A stretch of DNA of 64,000 bases from Malacoraja senta (GCA_038087875.1 CM075998.1:3598001-3662000); one strand, 5' to 3'. Numbered from the stretch's first letter, positions 1 to 13,849 are shown. The notes: generated from the letters alone by a model not told the origin. Numbers and translations: made by a program.

Positions 1-2699
1 GTCATTTGAACCTCATTGAGGTTCAAACGAAATTTGGTTTCTGCAGTCGTACAAACAAGAGAACATGACTCTAACCGGGTGCAAAATAAGACCCCACCCA
101 CCCAACCTCCCACAGTGACTGTTCCTGTCATGTTGGGCGGCATGGTAGAGCTGCTGCCTTGCAGAGCCATGGACCCAGGTTCGATCCTGACTACAGGTGC
201 TGTCTGTACGGAGTTTGTACGTTCTCCTCGTGACCCACGTGGGTTTTCTCCGGGTGCTCCGGTTTCCTCCCACACTCCAAAGACGTGCAGGTTTGTAGGT
301 TAATGGGCTTGGGTATAAATTGTAAGTTGCCCCGATTGTGTAGGATAGTATGTGGATCGCTGGTCGGCGCGGACTCAAGGGGCCGAAGGGCCTGTTTTCG
401 CGCTGTATCTCGAAACTGAACTAAATGTTATAGTACCTACCTCAACTACCTCCTCCGGCAGCTCGTTCCATGCACCCACCGCCCTTTGTGTGAGATGTAA
501 GATGAACTTGTGCAGGAAGGAACTGCAGATGCTGGTTTACACCGAGGATAGACACAGAATGCTGGAGTAACTCAGCGGGACAGGCAGCATCTCTGGAGAG
601 AAGGAATGGGCGACGTTTCAGGTCGAGATAATTCTTCAGACTGAAGAAGAGTCTGGGCCGAAACATCACCTATTCCTTTTCTCCAGAGATGCTGCCTGTC
701 CCGCTGTGTAAGATGAACCTCTCATTTCCCACGTTACAAGATGGCCTCTGGTTTTTCATTCCCCTAGCCTGGGGAAAAGTCTCCACTGGAATCATGAATA
801 GAGAAGGACCCAAGCTGAAGGCTGTTTGAACGATATCTCTCCAGGTGGATGGGCAGCCATGCACGATGGGCAAAGTCCCTGCAACCTCCAGACCCGGCAG
901 CACCCGATGGCAATGCCAGTCCTGCAGCCTGGCATCAAACTCGATCAACGCCAGCCAGGCCAGTGAGCCACCGTTGAAGCAAGATTCTCAAGCAGGAAGC
1001 TATGGAGGTGGAACGGCCAGGAGGCCCGTGGAGAGGACACAAGGCTGATGAAGTCCTCCACACAGCGGGAGGAAGCGGGAGAAGAGGTTTGTGCATGGGG
1101 ATGTTGTCCGGGAATGAACGAATTTGCAAGCGCGAAAGTGTAATTAAAAGGCAGGGTGACTTTCGTTCCTGTGACACTTTTCATGGCCTCAGGAAATCCC
1201 AAAGTGGCTCCCTCCTCTCACGAAGTGCCTTTAGTCTTGTTGGCACTGCGACTGCGGTAATGTAGGAAGTGTAACAGATGAGTCCCACACACTAGCTGCC
1301 GCTCACTGTCGTGAGATAATGATCAGATCATCTGCCCTGCACCATGGAAGGAACATAGACAATAGACAATAGACAATAGGTGCAGGAGTAGGCCATTTAG
1401 CCCTTCGAGCCAGCACCGCCATTCACTGTGATCATGGCTGATCATCCCCAATCAGTACCCCGTTCCTGCCTTCTCCCCATATCCCCTGACTCCGCTATTT
1501 TTAAGAGCCCTATCTAGCTCTCTCTTGAAAGCATCCAGAGAACCGGCCTCCACCGCCCTCTGAGGCAGAGAATTCCACAGACTCACCACTCTCTGTGAGA
1601 AAAAGTGTTTCCTCGTCTCCGTTCTAAATGGCTTACCCCTTATTCTTAAACTGTGTGTGGCCCCTGGTTCTGGACTCCCCCAACATCGGGAACATGTTTC
1701 CTGCCTCTAGCGTGTCCAAACCCTTAACAATCTTATATGTTTCAATGAGATCCCCTCTCATCCTTCTAAACTCCAGAGTGTACAAGCCCAGCCGCTCCAT
1801 TCTCTCAGCATATGACAGTCGCACAGAGCGGCACAGCATCGGAAGGGGCCCTTCGGCCCACAGTGTCTGTGCCGGAAAGAGGGGTGAAACTTGGCCAGGA
1901 TTCTGGAGACACATCGTTCAAATCCCATCGTGCAGTGACAACCCAAGAGATCAAGTGTTTGATTATCATATGTCCCAAAAAAGGGAAAAAAGGAAATTCG
2001 TGCTTAGTTTCTTTTAGTTTAGAGATACAACGTGGAAACAGGCCCTTCGGCCCACCGAGTCCGTGTCGACCAGCGACCACCCCGCACATTCACACTATCC
2101 TATACACACTGGGGACAATTTATATATTTTTTTAAACCATTTTTAACCTCCAAACCTGCACGTCCTTTGGAGTGTGGGAGGAAACCGGAGCACCCGGTGA
2201 AAACCCATGGAGTCACAGGGAGAAACATAGAAAATAGGTGCAGGAGGAGGCCATTCGGCCCTTCGAGCCAGCACCGCCATTCACTGTGATCATGGCTGAT
2301 CGTCCCCAATCAATAACCCGTGCCTGCCTTCTCCCCGTATCGCTTGACTGCAGTAGCCCCTAGAGCTCTATCTAACTCTCTCTTAAATCCATCCAGTGAC
2401 TTGGCCTCACTTCATAACTTCACAACTCTCTGGGTGAAACAGTTTTTTCTCACCTCAGTCTTAAATGACCTCCCCTTTATTCTAAGACTGTGTGGCCCCT
2501 GGTTCTGGACTCGCCCAACATTGGGAACATACAAACTCTGTACAGACAGCACCCGTGGTCAGGATTGAACCCGGGTCGCCCTGGCCATCTTACCGAAATA
2601 AAAGTGTCATAAGCAGTCCTAAGGAGATCGCCCAAGCTGGGATGAGAGTGTTTGTTGTCCCATCAAGGGAGACTGGACAGTTCGTGTCTGTACCGTCAG

Positions 2700-2990
2700 A
2701 GTCATTTCAGGTGAGGCAGAGGTTCACTTGTACCTCCTCCAACCTCATCTACTGTATCCGCTGTTCCAGGTGTGGACTCCTGTACATCGGCGAGACCAAG
2801 CGCAGACTGGGCGATCGTTTCACTGGAACACCTCCGCTCAGCCCGCCTCGGCCTACGCGATCTCCCGGTTGCCAAACGCTTTAACTCCCCTCCCATTCCC
2901 ACACTGACCCTTTCTGTCCTGGGCCTCCTCCACTGTCAGAGTGAGGCCCAGCGCAAATTGGAGGAACAACACCTCATATTTCGCTTGGGT
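2700..2990 (+). mobile_element. Penelope-like GIY-YIG fragment
   Basis: FQVRQRFTCTSSNLIYCIRCSRCGLLYIGETKRRLGDRF, frameshifted. Confidence 0.85.
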
Positions 2991-4035
2991 AGGGCAGCTT
3001 ATGTGAATCGAGACCAGAGGACATAGGTTCAAGGTGAAGGGGAAAAGATTTCATAGGAATCTGAGGGTAACTTTTTCACACAAGGGTGGTGGGGGTATGG
3101 AACGAGCTGCCAGAGGAGGTAGTTGGGGCTGGGAAATATCCCAACGTTTAAGAAACAGTTAGACAGGTACATGGATAGGACAGGTTTGGAGGGATATGGA
3201 CCAAACACAGGCAGGTGGGACTAGGAGAAGGTGTAGATGGGGCATGTTGGTTGGTGTGAGCAAGTTGGGCCGAGGGCTAGTTTCCACGCTGTATCACGCT
3301 GTGACTCTAATATGCTTTCCGCCTGTAGCCCTGATACTAGTCTCTAGCTGAACGCAAAATGCTGGAGTAACTCAGCGGGACAGGCAGCATCCCTGGAGAG
3401 AAGGAATGGGCGACGTTACCCAGGGATGCTGCCTGTCCCGCGGAGTTACTCCAGCTTTTTGCGTCTACCTTCGGTGTAAGCCAGCATCTGCAGTTCCTTC
3501 GTACACCCATCTCCAGATCGCACCCTGACCCAGACCACCGCCACAGCCCGAGTCAATGAAGGGGTAGAATGTTCTACCCCTTCAGTCTGAAGAAGGGTTT
3601 TTGCCTATTTCCTTCGCTCCATAGATGCTGCTGCACCCGCTGAGTTTCTCCAGCATTTTTTGTGTACCAAGGGGTAGAAATGTTCTCATGTAAAAATGTT
3701 CCAATTGGCTGGAGACAGAGATGTCCAGTCATTGAAGCTAGGGCCAGTTAAATCTGCCCAACACCCACCTGTCCTTTACACAGCCAGGTGTTTAGGACAG
3801 GTAGTGGGAGAAGTAGGGACACACTCTGTCTGGTCAGAAGGTCGGGAGCTCCAGTCGCCGCTGGGAATGTTATGAATGATAAACGCCTTCAGGAAATCTC
3901 TCCCTTTGTGTTTCGCTCCCTGCGTTTACTATTGAGGTTGGGAGACTGACAGGAAGAGGCACAGAGGCACACTGACTTCGGACAAGCTCGCTTCTCAACC
4001 TTCCCCTTGGACACCACACGGCAGCAGGAGCAACG

Positions 4036-4301
4036 ATGAGCGGCGTGGCGATCTACCGATCCGTCTACACCGAGGAGCAGTTCGCCCGGCGCTTCGGCGG
4101 CTCCACGGCAGAGGGACAAGGCGAGCCCGGGGTTGCAGCAGGTAGCCAGGAGGACATGCCCCTGCTCCGGCAACGCCTGCAACGCTTCTGGATGAAGCGG
4201 CTGCCCTTCCTCACCTGGCTGCCGAGGTACAAAGCTCCGGCGCTGGCTGATTGGAGACATGATCGCAGGACTCACAGTGGGAATCATCCACATCCCACAA
4301 G
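4036..4301 (+). CDS. slc26a10: SLC26A10-like anion transporter, coding exon 1 (one extra base at ~4231-4233 shifts the frame)
   Basis: ATG at 4036 gives MSGVAIYRSVYTEEQF...LPFLTWLPRYK. The +1 frame continues LRRWLIGDMIAGLTVGIIHIPQG, the SLC26 TM1 signature. GT donor at 4302. Length is 266 where the phase requires 265. Confidence 0.9.
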
Positions 4302-7129
4302 GTAGTCTAACCTCTAACCATTCAACCTCCTCATTCAGGGGGCGAGCGCTGAGCGGAACTTCACCGATAGCGAAAGGCTTGGATAGAGTTGACGTGGGTG
4401 GGGAGGATGTTTCCACTAGTGGGAGACTCTAGGACTAGAGGGCACAGCCTCAGAATTAAAGGACGTTCCTGAGGGAAGGAGATGAGGAGGAATTTCTTCA
4501 GCCAGAGGGTGGTGATTCCATTGCCACAGACGGCTGTGGAGGCCAAGTCAGTGAATATTTTTTTAAGGCAGAGATAGATAGATTCTTGATTAGTGCGGGT
4601 GTCAGGGTTTATGGGAGAAGGCTGTACTGGCCCTGGAGGAAGAAAGGATGTACTGGCCCTGGAGGCAGTGCAGCGAAGGTTTACAAGATTAATTCCTGCA
4701 ATGAGGGGATTGGACATATGAGGAAAGGTTAAGTAGGCTGGAACTCTACTCTTGGAGTTTAGAAGATGAGAGGCGATCTCATTGAAACATATAAGATCGT
4801 GAGGGCCTTGATCGGGTGGATGCACCGAGGATGTTCCCAATGATCGGGGAAACTAGAACTAGGGGGACATAGTTGTAGAATAAGAGGGGCTCTTTTAAAA
4901 CTGAGATGAGGAAGAACTTCCTCACCCAGAGGGTGGTTAATTTATGGAATTCACTGCCCCAGGGAGCAGTGGAAGCAGAAACATTAAATATATTTAAGTC
5001 TAAAATAGATGTTTTTTTGCTGCCAAGGGATAAGGGGCTACGGGGAGAGGGCAGGGATATGGACCTAGGTATGGTTAGTATAGTAAGACCTGAGTGATCT
5101 CCTGGACAAGTGTCGATCGCCTGGATTGGGGTCGGGGAGGAATTTCCCGGATTTTTTTTCCCGAATTGGACCTGGGTTTTTATCCGTTTTTTTTGCCTCC
5201 CCCAGGAGATCACGCGGTTCATGGGGTGGAGGAGGGTGATAGGATATAAAGGGGAGGGTAGTGTCTTGTGTTCTGTGTCTTGTGTCTACTGTTTGTGGGT
5301 AAGGGTGTCTGGTTTAGTGTTCAGCCATGAGCGAATGGCGGTGCGGGCTCGATGGGCCCTGGTGGTCTACTCTCGCACCTACTTTCTATCTTTTCTATGT
5401 TTCTAAGGCAGGCGAATGGGGTTGAGAGGGAGAGATAGATCAGCCACGATTGAATGGCTGAGTAGACTTGATGGGCCGAATGGCCTAATTCTACTATCAC
5501 TTTATGACTGTCCGACGTTCCAGAGCACAGGAGAAATGGCAAAGATGTGGAATTGGCTGGCGGGTATTTGAGGGCAGGTTGGATAAATAGAAACATAGAA
5601 ACATAGAAAATAGGTGCAGGAGGAGGCCATTTGGCCTTCGAGCCAGCACCGCCATTCATTGTGATCCTGGCTGATCGTCCCCTATCAATAACCCGTGCCT
5701 GCTTCTCCCCATATCCCTTGACTCCACTAGCCCCTAGAGCTCTATCTAACTCTCTCTTAAATCCATCCAGTGATTTGGCCTCCACTGCCCTCTGTGGCAG
5801 GGAATTCCACAAATTCACAACTCTCTGGGTGAAAAGCTTTTTCTCACCTCAGTCTTAAATGGCCTCCCCTTTATTCTAAGACTGTGGCCCCTGGTTCTGG
5901 ACTGGCCCAACATTGGGAACATTTTTCCTGCATCTAGAAATAGAAGCGGGAGGTGGGGATGGTAGGATATGCTGAGTGGTCGAGAGGGAGGAGGGTGGGA
6001 GGAGGATCGGATGTAGCTTCAACACAAACGTGGAGTTGCAGGGCCTTCCGATGTGAACGCCAGTCTCATTGCAAGTGTGGTCGACATGAACAGTGCAACA
6101 TGAGTGTTCATCTAGGGACCCTTCAGGATTATGTCACTGGGAATAGTGACCACAGGATTCAGAAGTCATGGGAGCATTTTGGACAGGTACACGATAGGAG
6201 AGATATAGAGGGATATGGGGACCAAATTGCAGGTGGGACTGTGTGGATGGGGCATGTTGTCAGCATTGGCAAGTGGCAATGGCCAATTCTGCTCTTTACG
6301 TCTAGTTTAGTTTAGTTTAGAGATACAGCGCGGAAACAGGCCCTTCGGCCCACCGAGTCTATGCCGACCAGCGATCCCCACACATTAACACCATCCTACA
6401 CACACACTAGGGTCAATTTTTTAAAAACATTGACACCAAGCCAATTAACCTACAACCCCGTACGTCTTTGGAGTGTGGGAGGAACCGACGATCCCGAGAA
6501 AACTCACGGGGAGAACGTGCAAACTCCGTACAGACAGCACCCGTAGTCAGGATGGAACCCGGGTCTCTGGCGCGGTGAGGCAGCAACTCTACCGCTGCGC
6601 CACCGTGCCCGCCCTAACTTATAACTTGTAAACACATCACAACAGAACCGTTACACTAAAGATCATCACTCATGTGTCCCTTATATGAACAGAAAATCCA
6701 AGCAAATAAATACATTGAAGAGAGTTGTGGATGAAGCCCAGTTCATCACACAGACTAGACTCCAGACAATCCACCCCAACTGCACCACACTGCCTCGGGA
6801 AGCAGTGGACTCGGTGCGCTGAAGGGCCTGCTTCCGCGTTGTATCTGTAAACTCTAAATCGTGTTTTCCCCCTGCTGTTATCAGACTACTGAACAAGATT
6901 TAGAGTTTACAGAGGCCGCACGTCTTTGGAAATGTGGGGGAAGCCCGGAGTACCCGGGAAAATCCCTCGCGGTCATGGGGAGAAGGTACAAACTCGGCCA
7001 CAGACAGCACCCGAAGTCAGGATGGAACCCGGGTCTCTGGCGCTGTGAGGCAGCAACGCCACCGCGCCCGCCCGTGAATGGGTCGCGTTCAATAATTAAT
7101 TCCTTCCTTGTTTTTTTTCTTCTTCCCAG

Positions 7130-7240
7130 GAATGTCCTTTGCCCTGCTGACCTCTGTGGCTCCAATCTATGGGCTCTACACCTCCTTCTTCCCGGTGGTG
7201 CTGTACATGCTGTTCGGAACGGGAAGGCACGTGTCCACAG
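7130..7240 (+). CDS. slc26a10: slc26a10 coding exon 2 (111 bp)
   Basis: Polypyrimidine tract and AG at 7128-7129. Encodes (G)MSFALLTSVAPIYGLYTSFFPVVLYMLFGTGRHVST(G), the sulfate-transporter motif; GTGRHxSTG is typical of SLC26A10. GT at 7241. Confidence 0.95.
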
Positions 7241-8615
7241 GTGTAGTACCCGCGCTCAAGCTATGCTCTGTCTTTGGTGTCTGTGCTCAGGGGGCATCAC
7301 AGTCTTGCAGGGATGTCGCGACACTGACCTTTGGGCTGTCCCACTTGGGCGTCATTGCGCGACATCATTTACGCGTCACGACGCACGACGCGCACGTGAT
7401 GTGCGCATTACGCGTGCATGGTGGGTGGTGACTTAGAAACATAGAAACATAGAAAATAGGTGCAGGAGTAGGCCATTCGGCATTCGGCCCTTCGAGCCTG
7501 CACCGCCATTCAATGTGATCATGGCTGATCATCCAACTCAGTATCCTGTACCTGCCTTCTCTCCATACCCCTGATCCCTTTAGCCACAAGGGTCACATCT
7601 AACTCCCTCTTAAATATAGCCAATGACTTAGGCAGTGTGTACAAAATCTTCGTGCGCCATCTGCTTGATGCGCAAATGGCGCCCAAGTGGGACACAGCAG
7701 CACGTCAAGGAGTAGAAGAGAGCGTTTTCAAGCTGGAGTTAGATTTAGCTCTTAGGGCTAAAGGAATCAAGGGATATGGGGAGAAAGCAGGAACGGGGTA
7801 CTGATTGGGGATGATCAGCCATGATCATATTGAATGGCGGTGCTGGCTCGAAGGGCCGAATAGCCTACTCCTGCACCTATTTTCTATGTGGAAACAAGGA
7901 ACAGCAGGCTCTGGTTCGCAAAAAAAAAGACACAAAGTGCTGGAGTAACTTAGCGGGTCAGGCAGCATCTCTGGAGAACACGGGTAGGTGATGTTCGGGT
8001 TGGGACCCTTCTTCATTACTTGAAATTGTGGAATTCAATGTTCATACCATTGCTCATCCCTCTGAGTTACTCCAGCATTTTGTGTCCATCTTCGGTGCGA
8101 ACCTGCATCTGCAGTTCCTTCCTACACAGTCTGAAGAAGGGTCCTGACCCGAAACGCCGCCAGTTCACTTTTGTCCACAAATGCAGCCTGGCGGCACGGT
8201 GGCCCAGCGGGTAGAGTTGCTGCCTCACAGCGCCAGAGACCCGGGTTCCATCCTGACTACGGGTGCTGTCTGTACGGAGTTTTATGTTCTCACTGTGACC
8301 TGCGTGGGTTTCCCCCGGGTGCTCCGGTTTCCTCCCGCACCCAAAGACGTGCGGGTTTGTAGGTTAATTGGTTCGGTTCTAAAATTGTGTGCATAGGGAT
8401 GGAACTATTAATGGGTGGTCGCTGGTCGGCGCGGACTTGGTGGGCCGAAGGGCCCGTTTCCGCGCTGTATTTCCAAACAAAGCTATCCTAAAGACCCACT
8501 GAGTTCCTTGACCACTTTGTGTAATGTTCAGGTGGGCATGTAAGCATTGGTCAGTGGTGGCATGGGCCTGATTGCTCGGTTCCAGGAGGGGAATGCAATC
8601 ATCCGCTAATGTTCT

Positions 8616-8815
8616 GCCTGTCCCACTTGGCCGTTATTTGCGCGTAATTTACGCGACACCATTCACGCGTCACGACGCACGTGACGCGTGCATGGTTCGT
8701 GGTGACGTAGGCAGTGACGCGCGGTCGCGCGCGGCGCCCCAGGATTTTGGGACGTACAAAATCTTCGCGCGCCATCTGCGTGACGCGCAAATGACGGCCA
8801 AGTGGGACAGGCCCT
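8616..8815. mobile_element. PIF/Harbinger-type MITE; a related copy at 7333-7694 is interrupted by a CR1 tail
   Basis: GCCTGTCCCACTTGGCCGT ... ACGGCCAAGTGGGACAGGC TIRs, CpG-rich. Confidence 0.75.
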
Positions 8816-8874
8816 TGGTGACAAACATTGGCGACCAAAGATTCATGTCTCCCCCATCGCTCTCCGCTTGCCAG

Positions 8875-9033
8875 GTACCTTTGCCGGGATTAGTTTGATG
8901 ACCGGCTCCGTGGTCGAGCGCTTGGTACCGCGCCCAAGTGGGATGGAACGCAACGAACCAGGAAGACCCGGAGCTGGAGAAGCAGCGGATCTCTGTGGCA
9001 TCGGCCGTGACCTTCCTCTCGGGCCTTATGATG
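8875..9033 (+). CDS. slc26a10: slc26a10 coding exon 3 (one extra base near 8935-8950)
   Basis: AG at 8873-8874. TFAGISLMTGSVVERLVPRPS, then in the +1 frame NATNQEDPELEKQRISVASAVTFLSGLMM. GT at 9034. Length is 159 where the phase requires 158. Confidence 0.9.
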
Positions 9034-9669
9034 GTAGCTACTCCAACCTCTCTTTCAATCCTCTCCATGTGCAGAGCGTTCAGTTCACCAGCTCTGGCAG
9101 TCGTAGAGTCATAGAGCTGTACAGCACAGAAATAGGCCCTTCGGCCCACCTTGTCCATGGCCGACCAAATTGGCATATTGGGCTAGTCCCATTTGCCTGT
9201 CCCGGTGTCTTTTAAACAATAGACAATAGACATTAGGTGCAGGAGTAGGCCATTCGGCCCTTCGAGCCAGCACCACCATTCAATGTGATCATGGCTGATC
9301 ATCCCCAATCAGTACCCCGTTCCTGCCTTCTCCCCATATCCCCTGACTCCGCTATCTTTAAGAGCCCTATCTAACGCTCTCTTGAAAGCATCCAGTGAAC
9401 CGGCCCCCACCGCCCTCTGAGGCAGAGAATTCCACAGATTCACAACTCTCTGGGTTATAGTCCCTGCCTCAAATCTGGCAGCTCGTTCCATACACCCACC
9501 ATCCACTGCTTGGAAAAGTTGCCCCTCAGGTTCCTATTAAATCTATCCCCTCTCACCAGAAAACAATTTCCTCTTATATTTTGAGGAGAGGTCGTACCTT
9601 CTCCCCGTGACCGAGTGGGTTTTCTCCGGGTGCTCCGGTTTCCTCCCACACTCCCAAAGACGTGCGGGT

Positions 9670-9903
9670 AACACGCGGTGTCCACGGGGACTGTGGAGGC
9701 CTTCTGTGAACGCTGGTCACCGCAGGAGGTTGAATATATTATAGATAAAAATGTTAATATTTTAATTTGATAGTTTTGTGTAAATGTTTTTTAAATTGTG
9801 TGAGCTTTCTACCCTTCCTTGTAAATTGTACATTTGTTTAAAAATCTAATAAAAAAAACATTTACGGAAAAAAAAAAAAAAAAAGAAAGAAAAAAAAAAA
9901 AAA
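9670..9903 (+). mobile_element. L1/Tx1-like 3' end inserted into a V-SINE
   Basis: Long poly(A) tail; 14-bp TSD AAAGACGTGCGGGT (9656-9669, 9904-9917). Confidence 0.8.
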
Positions 9904-10267
9904 AAAGACGTGCGGGTTTGTAGGTTAAATGGCCCTCTGTAAATTGCCCCTCTAGTGTGTAGGGAGTGGATGACAAAGTGGGATAACATAGAACTAGTGT
10001 GAACGGGTGATGGCTGGCCGGCGTGGACTCGGAGGGCCGAAGGGCCTGTTTCCCTGCTGTATCTCTAAACTAAGCTAAACTAAACTAGTGTGATCGATGG
10101 TCAGTGTGGACTCGGTGGGCTGAAGGGTCTGTTTCCACAATGTGCCTCTTTAAAACAAAAATGAGCATAGTTCATGAAAAATGAGCAAAATGCCAGAGTT
10201 CCTCTATACAGTAAGTCCGGCTGCTACCCTGGCCGTAAGCTGAGGGATTTTGCTCTTGTTCTTCCAG

Positions 10268-10432
10268 ATCTGTATGTTTGTGCTGCAACTGGGATTCCTT
10301 TCCACCTACTTGTCCGACCCAATTGTGAAGGCATTCACCAGCGGGACCGCCTTCCACGTCACCATCTCGCAGCTCAACACCATGCTTGGACTGAGGCTCC
10401 CGAGATTCACTGGACCGTTCACCCTCTTTAAG
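10268..10432 (+). CDS. slc26a10: slc26a10 coding exon 4 (165 bp)
   Basis: AG/GT bounded. ICMFVLQLGFLSTYLSDPIVKAFTSGTAFHVTISQLNTMLGLRLPRFTGPFTLFK. Confidence 0.95.
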
Positions 10433-11895
10433 GTTGGCCTTTATGTCGAGACGGCCATGTTCAGGTGACTCTGCTCGTGTGGCCAGCAGTTCTGGAGGTT
10501 TCAGTTCAGTTTATTGTCACGTGTACCGAGGTACAGTGAAGAGCTTTTGTTGCGTGCTAACCAGTCAGCGGAAAGACAATACATGATTACAATCGAGCCG
10601 TCCACAGTGTACAGATACATGATAAGGGAATAACGTTTAGTGCAAGGTAAAGCCAGCAAAGCACGGTCAAGGATAGTCCACTGGTCGCCCTGCTTTCTCA
10701 GTCCATGTTGCTTCCTCGTTGAAGAACTTCCTGTCCTGCATACCTGGACATCCTCTGTGAACAAGGGAGTGCACCTCAAGTTTTTCCTCGTGCTTCTGAA
10801 GGCCATTCAGCCCATCGATACTAGTTTAGTTTAGAGAAACAGTGAGGAAACCAAACTCAACAGCGATCCTCATTAACACGATCCTACACACACTAGGGGA
10901 AAATGTTTACATTTACCAACCCAATTAGCCTACAAACCTGTAGGAGCGTGGAAACCGAAGATCTCGGAGAAAACCCACGCAGGTCACAGGGAGAACGTAC
11001 AAACTCCGTACGGACAAGCACCCGTAGTCGGGATCGAACCGATGTAAGGCAGCAACTCTACCGCTGCGCCACCGTGCCGCCCTAGTCACCATCCCGAGTC
11101 TTTGCCATCTAACACAGCAATCTCTTTCCCCGCTTATTTCCCTGCAACTGTTCTCTTTCGTAATGGCCTGCCTTCTTTTTATTCTGCTTGTCAATGTTCA
11201 ACGTAAGCCTTGTCTAGATCCCAATTGAGGTCATAAGTGATAGGAGTAGAATTAGGCCATTCGGCCCATCAAGTCCACTCCGCCTTTCAATCACGGCTGA
11301 TCTATCTCTCCCTCCCAATAGACAATAGAGTGAGTTGAGTACATTAGGGATACAAGGAACTGCAGATGCTGGAAACTTGAGGAAAATACAAAGTGCTGGA
11401 GGTACTCAGCAGGTCAAGCATCATCTGGGGAGGGGAATGGACAGATGATACTTCGGGTCAGGACCCTTCTTCAGATTGTGGTAGAGTGCTGGAAAAATCG
11501 CTGATTGGGTCCAGTTCTCCAGTGGGGAACTTCATAGAAACATAGACAATAGGTGCAGGAGTAGGCCATTTGGCCCTTCGAGCCTGCACCGCCATTCAAT
11601 GTGATCATGGCTGATCATCCAACTCAGTATCCTGTACCTGCCTTCTCTCCATTCCCCCTGATCCCTTTAGCCACAAGGGCCACATCTAACTCCCTCTTAA
11701 ATATAGCCAATCAAGAATCTATTCATCTCTGCCTTAAAAATATCCACGTCTTAACCAATCAGCATTACAAATAGTGTTCCCTAATTCATCGTGCTCGCGA
11801 TGTCCAACTCGATTCGTGGAAACCTGCGCGATAGCAGAACGAGAGGGGGTTAAACTGAGCAAAACGAGTGAGGTTGTGTTTCTTTCTTTTCTCAG

Positions 11896-12048
11896 ACGCT
11901 GGCATCATTGCTCGGAGCTCTGTCCATGACAAACATAGTCGAGCTGATTATTTCTCTGATTTGCCTCGGTGTGCTCATTCCGATGAAAGAGATCAACAGC
12001 CGATTCAGACAGAAATTCAGGACCCCCATCCCTATCGAGATCATCATG
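11896..12048 (+). CDS. slc26a10: slc26a10 coding exon 5 (153 bp)
   Basis: AG/GTGAG bounded. TLASLLGALSMTNIVELIISLICLGVLIPMKEINSRFRQKFRTPIPIEIIM, containing the SLC26 PIPxE motif. Confidence 0.95.
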
Positions 12049-13271
12049 GTGAGAAGACGTCTGGTGGTGCTGTAATATTCTCTGTAATAAAGTCTGAAGA
12101 AGGGTCTCGACCCGAAACGTCACCCGTTCCTTCCCTCCAGGGATGCTGCCTGTCCCGCTGAGTTGTTCCAGCATTTTGTGTCTATTTTGCTGTAATATTC
12201 CTTGACAGAAGCATAGGTCGTGACTGTGAGTGTGTAAGACCCAATGTGCCAGTATCTCTTATCCTAGTTTAGTTTAGTTTAGTTCTGTGAACAAGGGGCG
12301 GGCACCCGAAGTGTTTCTCATGCTTCTGAAGGAGACCATTCAGCCCATCGAGTTTAGTTTAGTTTAGTTTGGAGAGTCAGCGAGGAAACTAGTTTCGCTT
12401 AGTTTAGAGAAACAACGCGGAAACAGGCCCTTCGGCCCACCGAGTCCGTGCCGACCAGCGATCCCCGCACACTAACACTATCCTACACACACTAGGGACA
12501 ATTTATAATTTTACCAAACCAATTAGCCGACACACCCGCACGTCTTTGGAGTGAGGGAGGAAACCGGAGATCCCGGAGAAAACCCACGCGGGTCACGGGG
12601 AGAACGTGCAAACTCCGTACAGACAGCAGCCGTAGTCAGGATCGAACTGGGGTCTCTGGAGCTGTGAGGCAGCAGCTCTACCCGCTGCACCACCCTGCCT
12701 CCACTGTGTTGTAGAGAGGTTGTACCCCCTCTCTTCGAATGACAGAGGGGAGCACTTGGGGCCTGACCCAGCTTCAGTTAGATCAGTCTGCAATGATCAC
12801 ATAATCTGCTCCTCAAGGGTTATTTAAGTCTTGTTGCTTTAGGGTTAAATATTGGCACAGATGCCTCAGTCAAGGGAATGGTGAAAGGAGTTAATGCAGA
12901 TAAGTGCGAGATGTCGCATTTTGGAAAGTCAAACTAGGGCAGGTCCTTCACAGTGAATGGCAGGGCCCTCGGGAATGTTGTAGAGTAGAGGGAAGACAGA
13001 CACAAAATGCTGGAGTAACTCAGCGGGACAGGCAGCATCTCTGGAGAGAAGGAATGGGTGACGTTTCTGGTCGAGACCCTTCTGGTATTGCTACTGGTTT
13101 TCACCTGGGCCACAGCTAACAATGGCCGTCTCCTTTATCATCGTGCCTTTTTTGCATGTATTTCATTTATTTGTTCTACTGCATATCTCTCATTTACCTT
13201 TCATCCCCCCGACTCTAAGTTTTCTATGTTTCTATATTTCTATGTTAACCACACACTCTTCTTTTAAACAG

Positions 13272-13354
13272 CTTATCGTGGCTACTGCTGTTACCTTTGC
13301 AACATCGCTTGACAAGTGCTGCAATGTACAGATTGTGGGACACATTCCTGCGGG
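13272..13354 (+). CDS. slc26a10: slc26a10 coding exon 6 (83 bp)
   Basis: CAG/GTGAGT bounded. LIVATAVTFATSLDKCCNVQIVGHIPA(G). Confidence 0.93.
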
Positions 13355-13386
13355 GTGAGTGAGTCTATCTGTCTCAAAGAGATTTA

Positions 13387-13849
13387 AGGGCCTGTCCACA
13401 CTTGCATGCGTCTGGCGCGACCAAACGTGGTCGCTTGAGGCGTACGGGCCGCGCGGGGCCGGTCCCGCTTCCAAGCGCGGAGGCGTATGGAGTTGTGCGG
13501 GGCTGGTCCCGACATCGCGTGGGGCTCCGAAAATCCCGCACTGTCCGAAAATTTCCGCTCGCCAACGGGCTGTCGGCCCGCAGGCGCATTGAGGGCGTAC
13601 GCAGCGTCTTGACGTCGTACGCCTAGCGCGTGCCGTTGCGTGATGACGTCACCGCCCGACGCCGTGCGACGCCCAAATTCAGTCGGCCCGCCTCCTGCCC
13701 AGCTGATTGGTAAGTATGACGTAAATGACGTCACGCGAGAATTTCGCGCGTACTTACCGTGAACTTAGCGCTAACTTAATTTCGCGCTAACTCCGCTTCC
13801 ATTTGGTCGCGCCAAACGCATGCAGTCGCATGCAAGTGGGACAGGCCCT
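13387..13849. mobile_element. PIF/Harbinger-type MITE, 32 bp downstream of the exon 6 donor
   Basis: TIRs AGGGCCTGTCCACACTTGCATGCG / CGCATGCAAGTGGGACAGGCCCT, flanks TTA and TAA, CpG-rich interior. Confidence 0.8.

Noticed and set aside
845..1048. Possible last exon of an upstream + strand gene (CTCTCCAG| then VDGQPCTMGK...)
   Set aside because: Unique sequence with a plausible acceptor, but the peptide has no similarity I can recognise; insufficient support.
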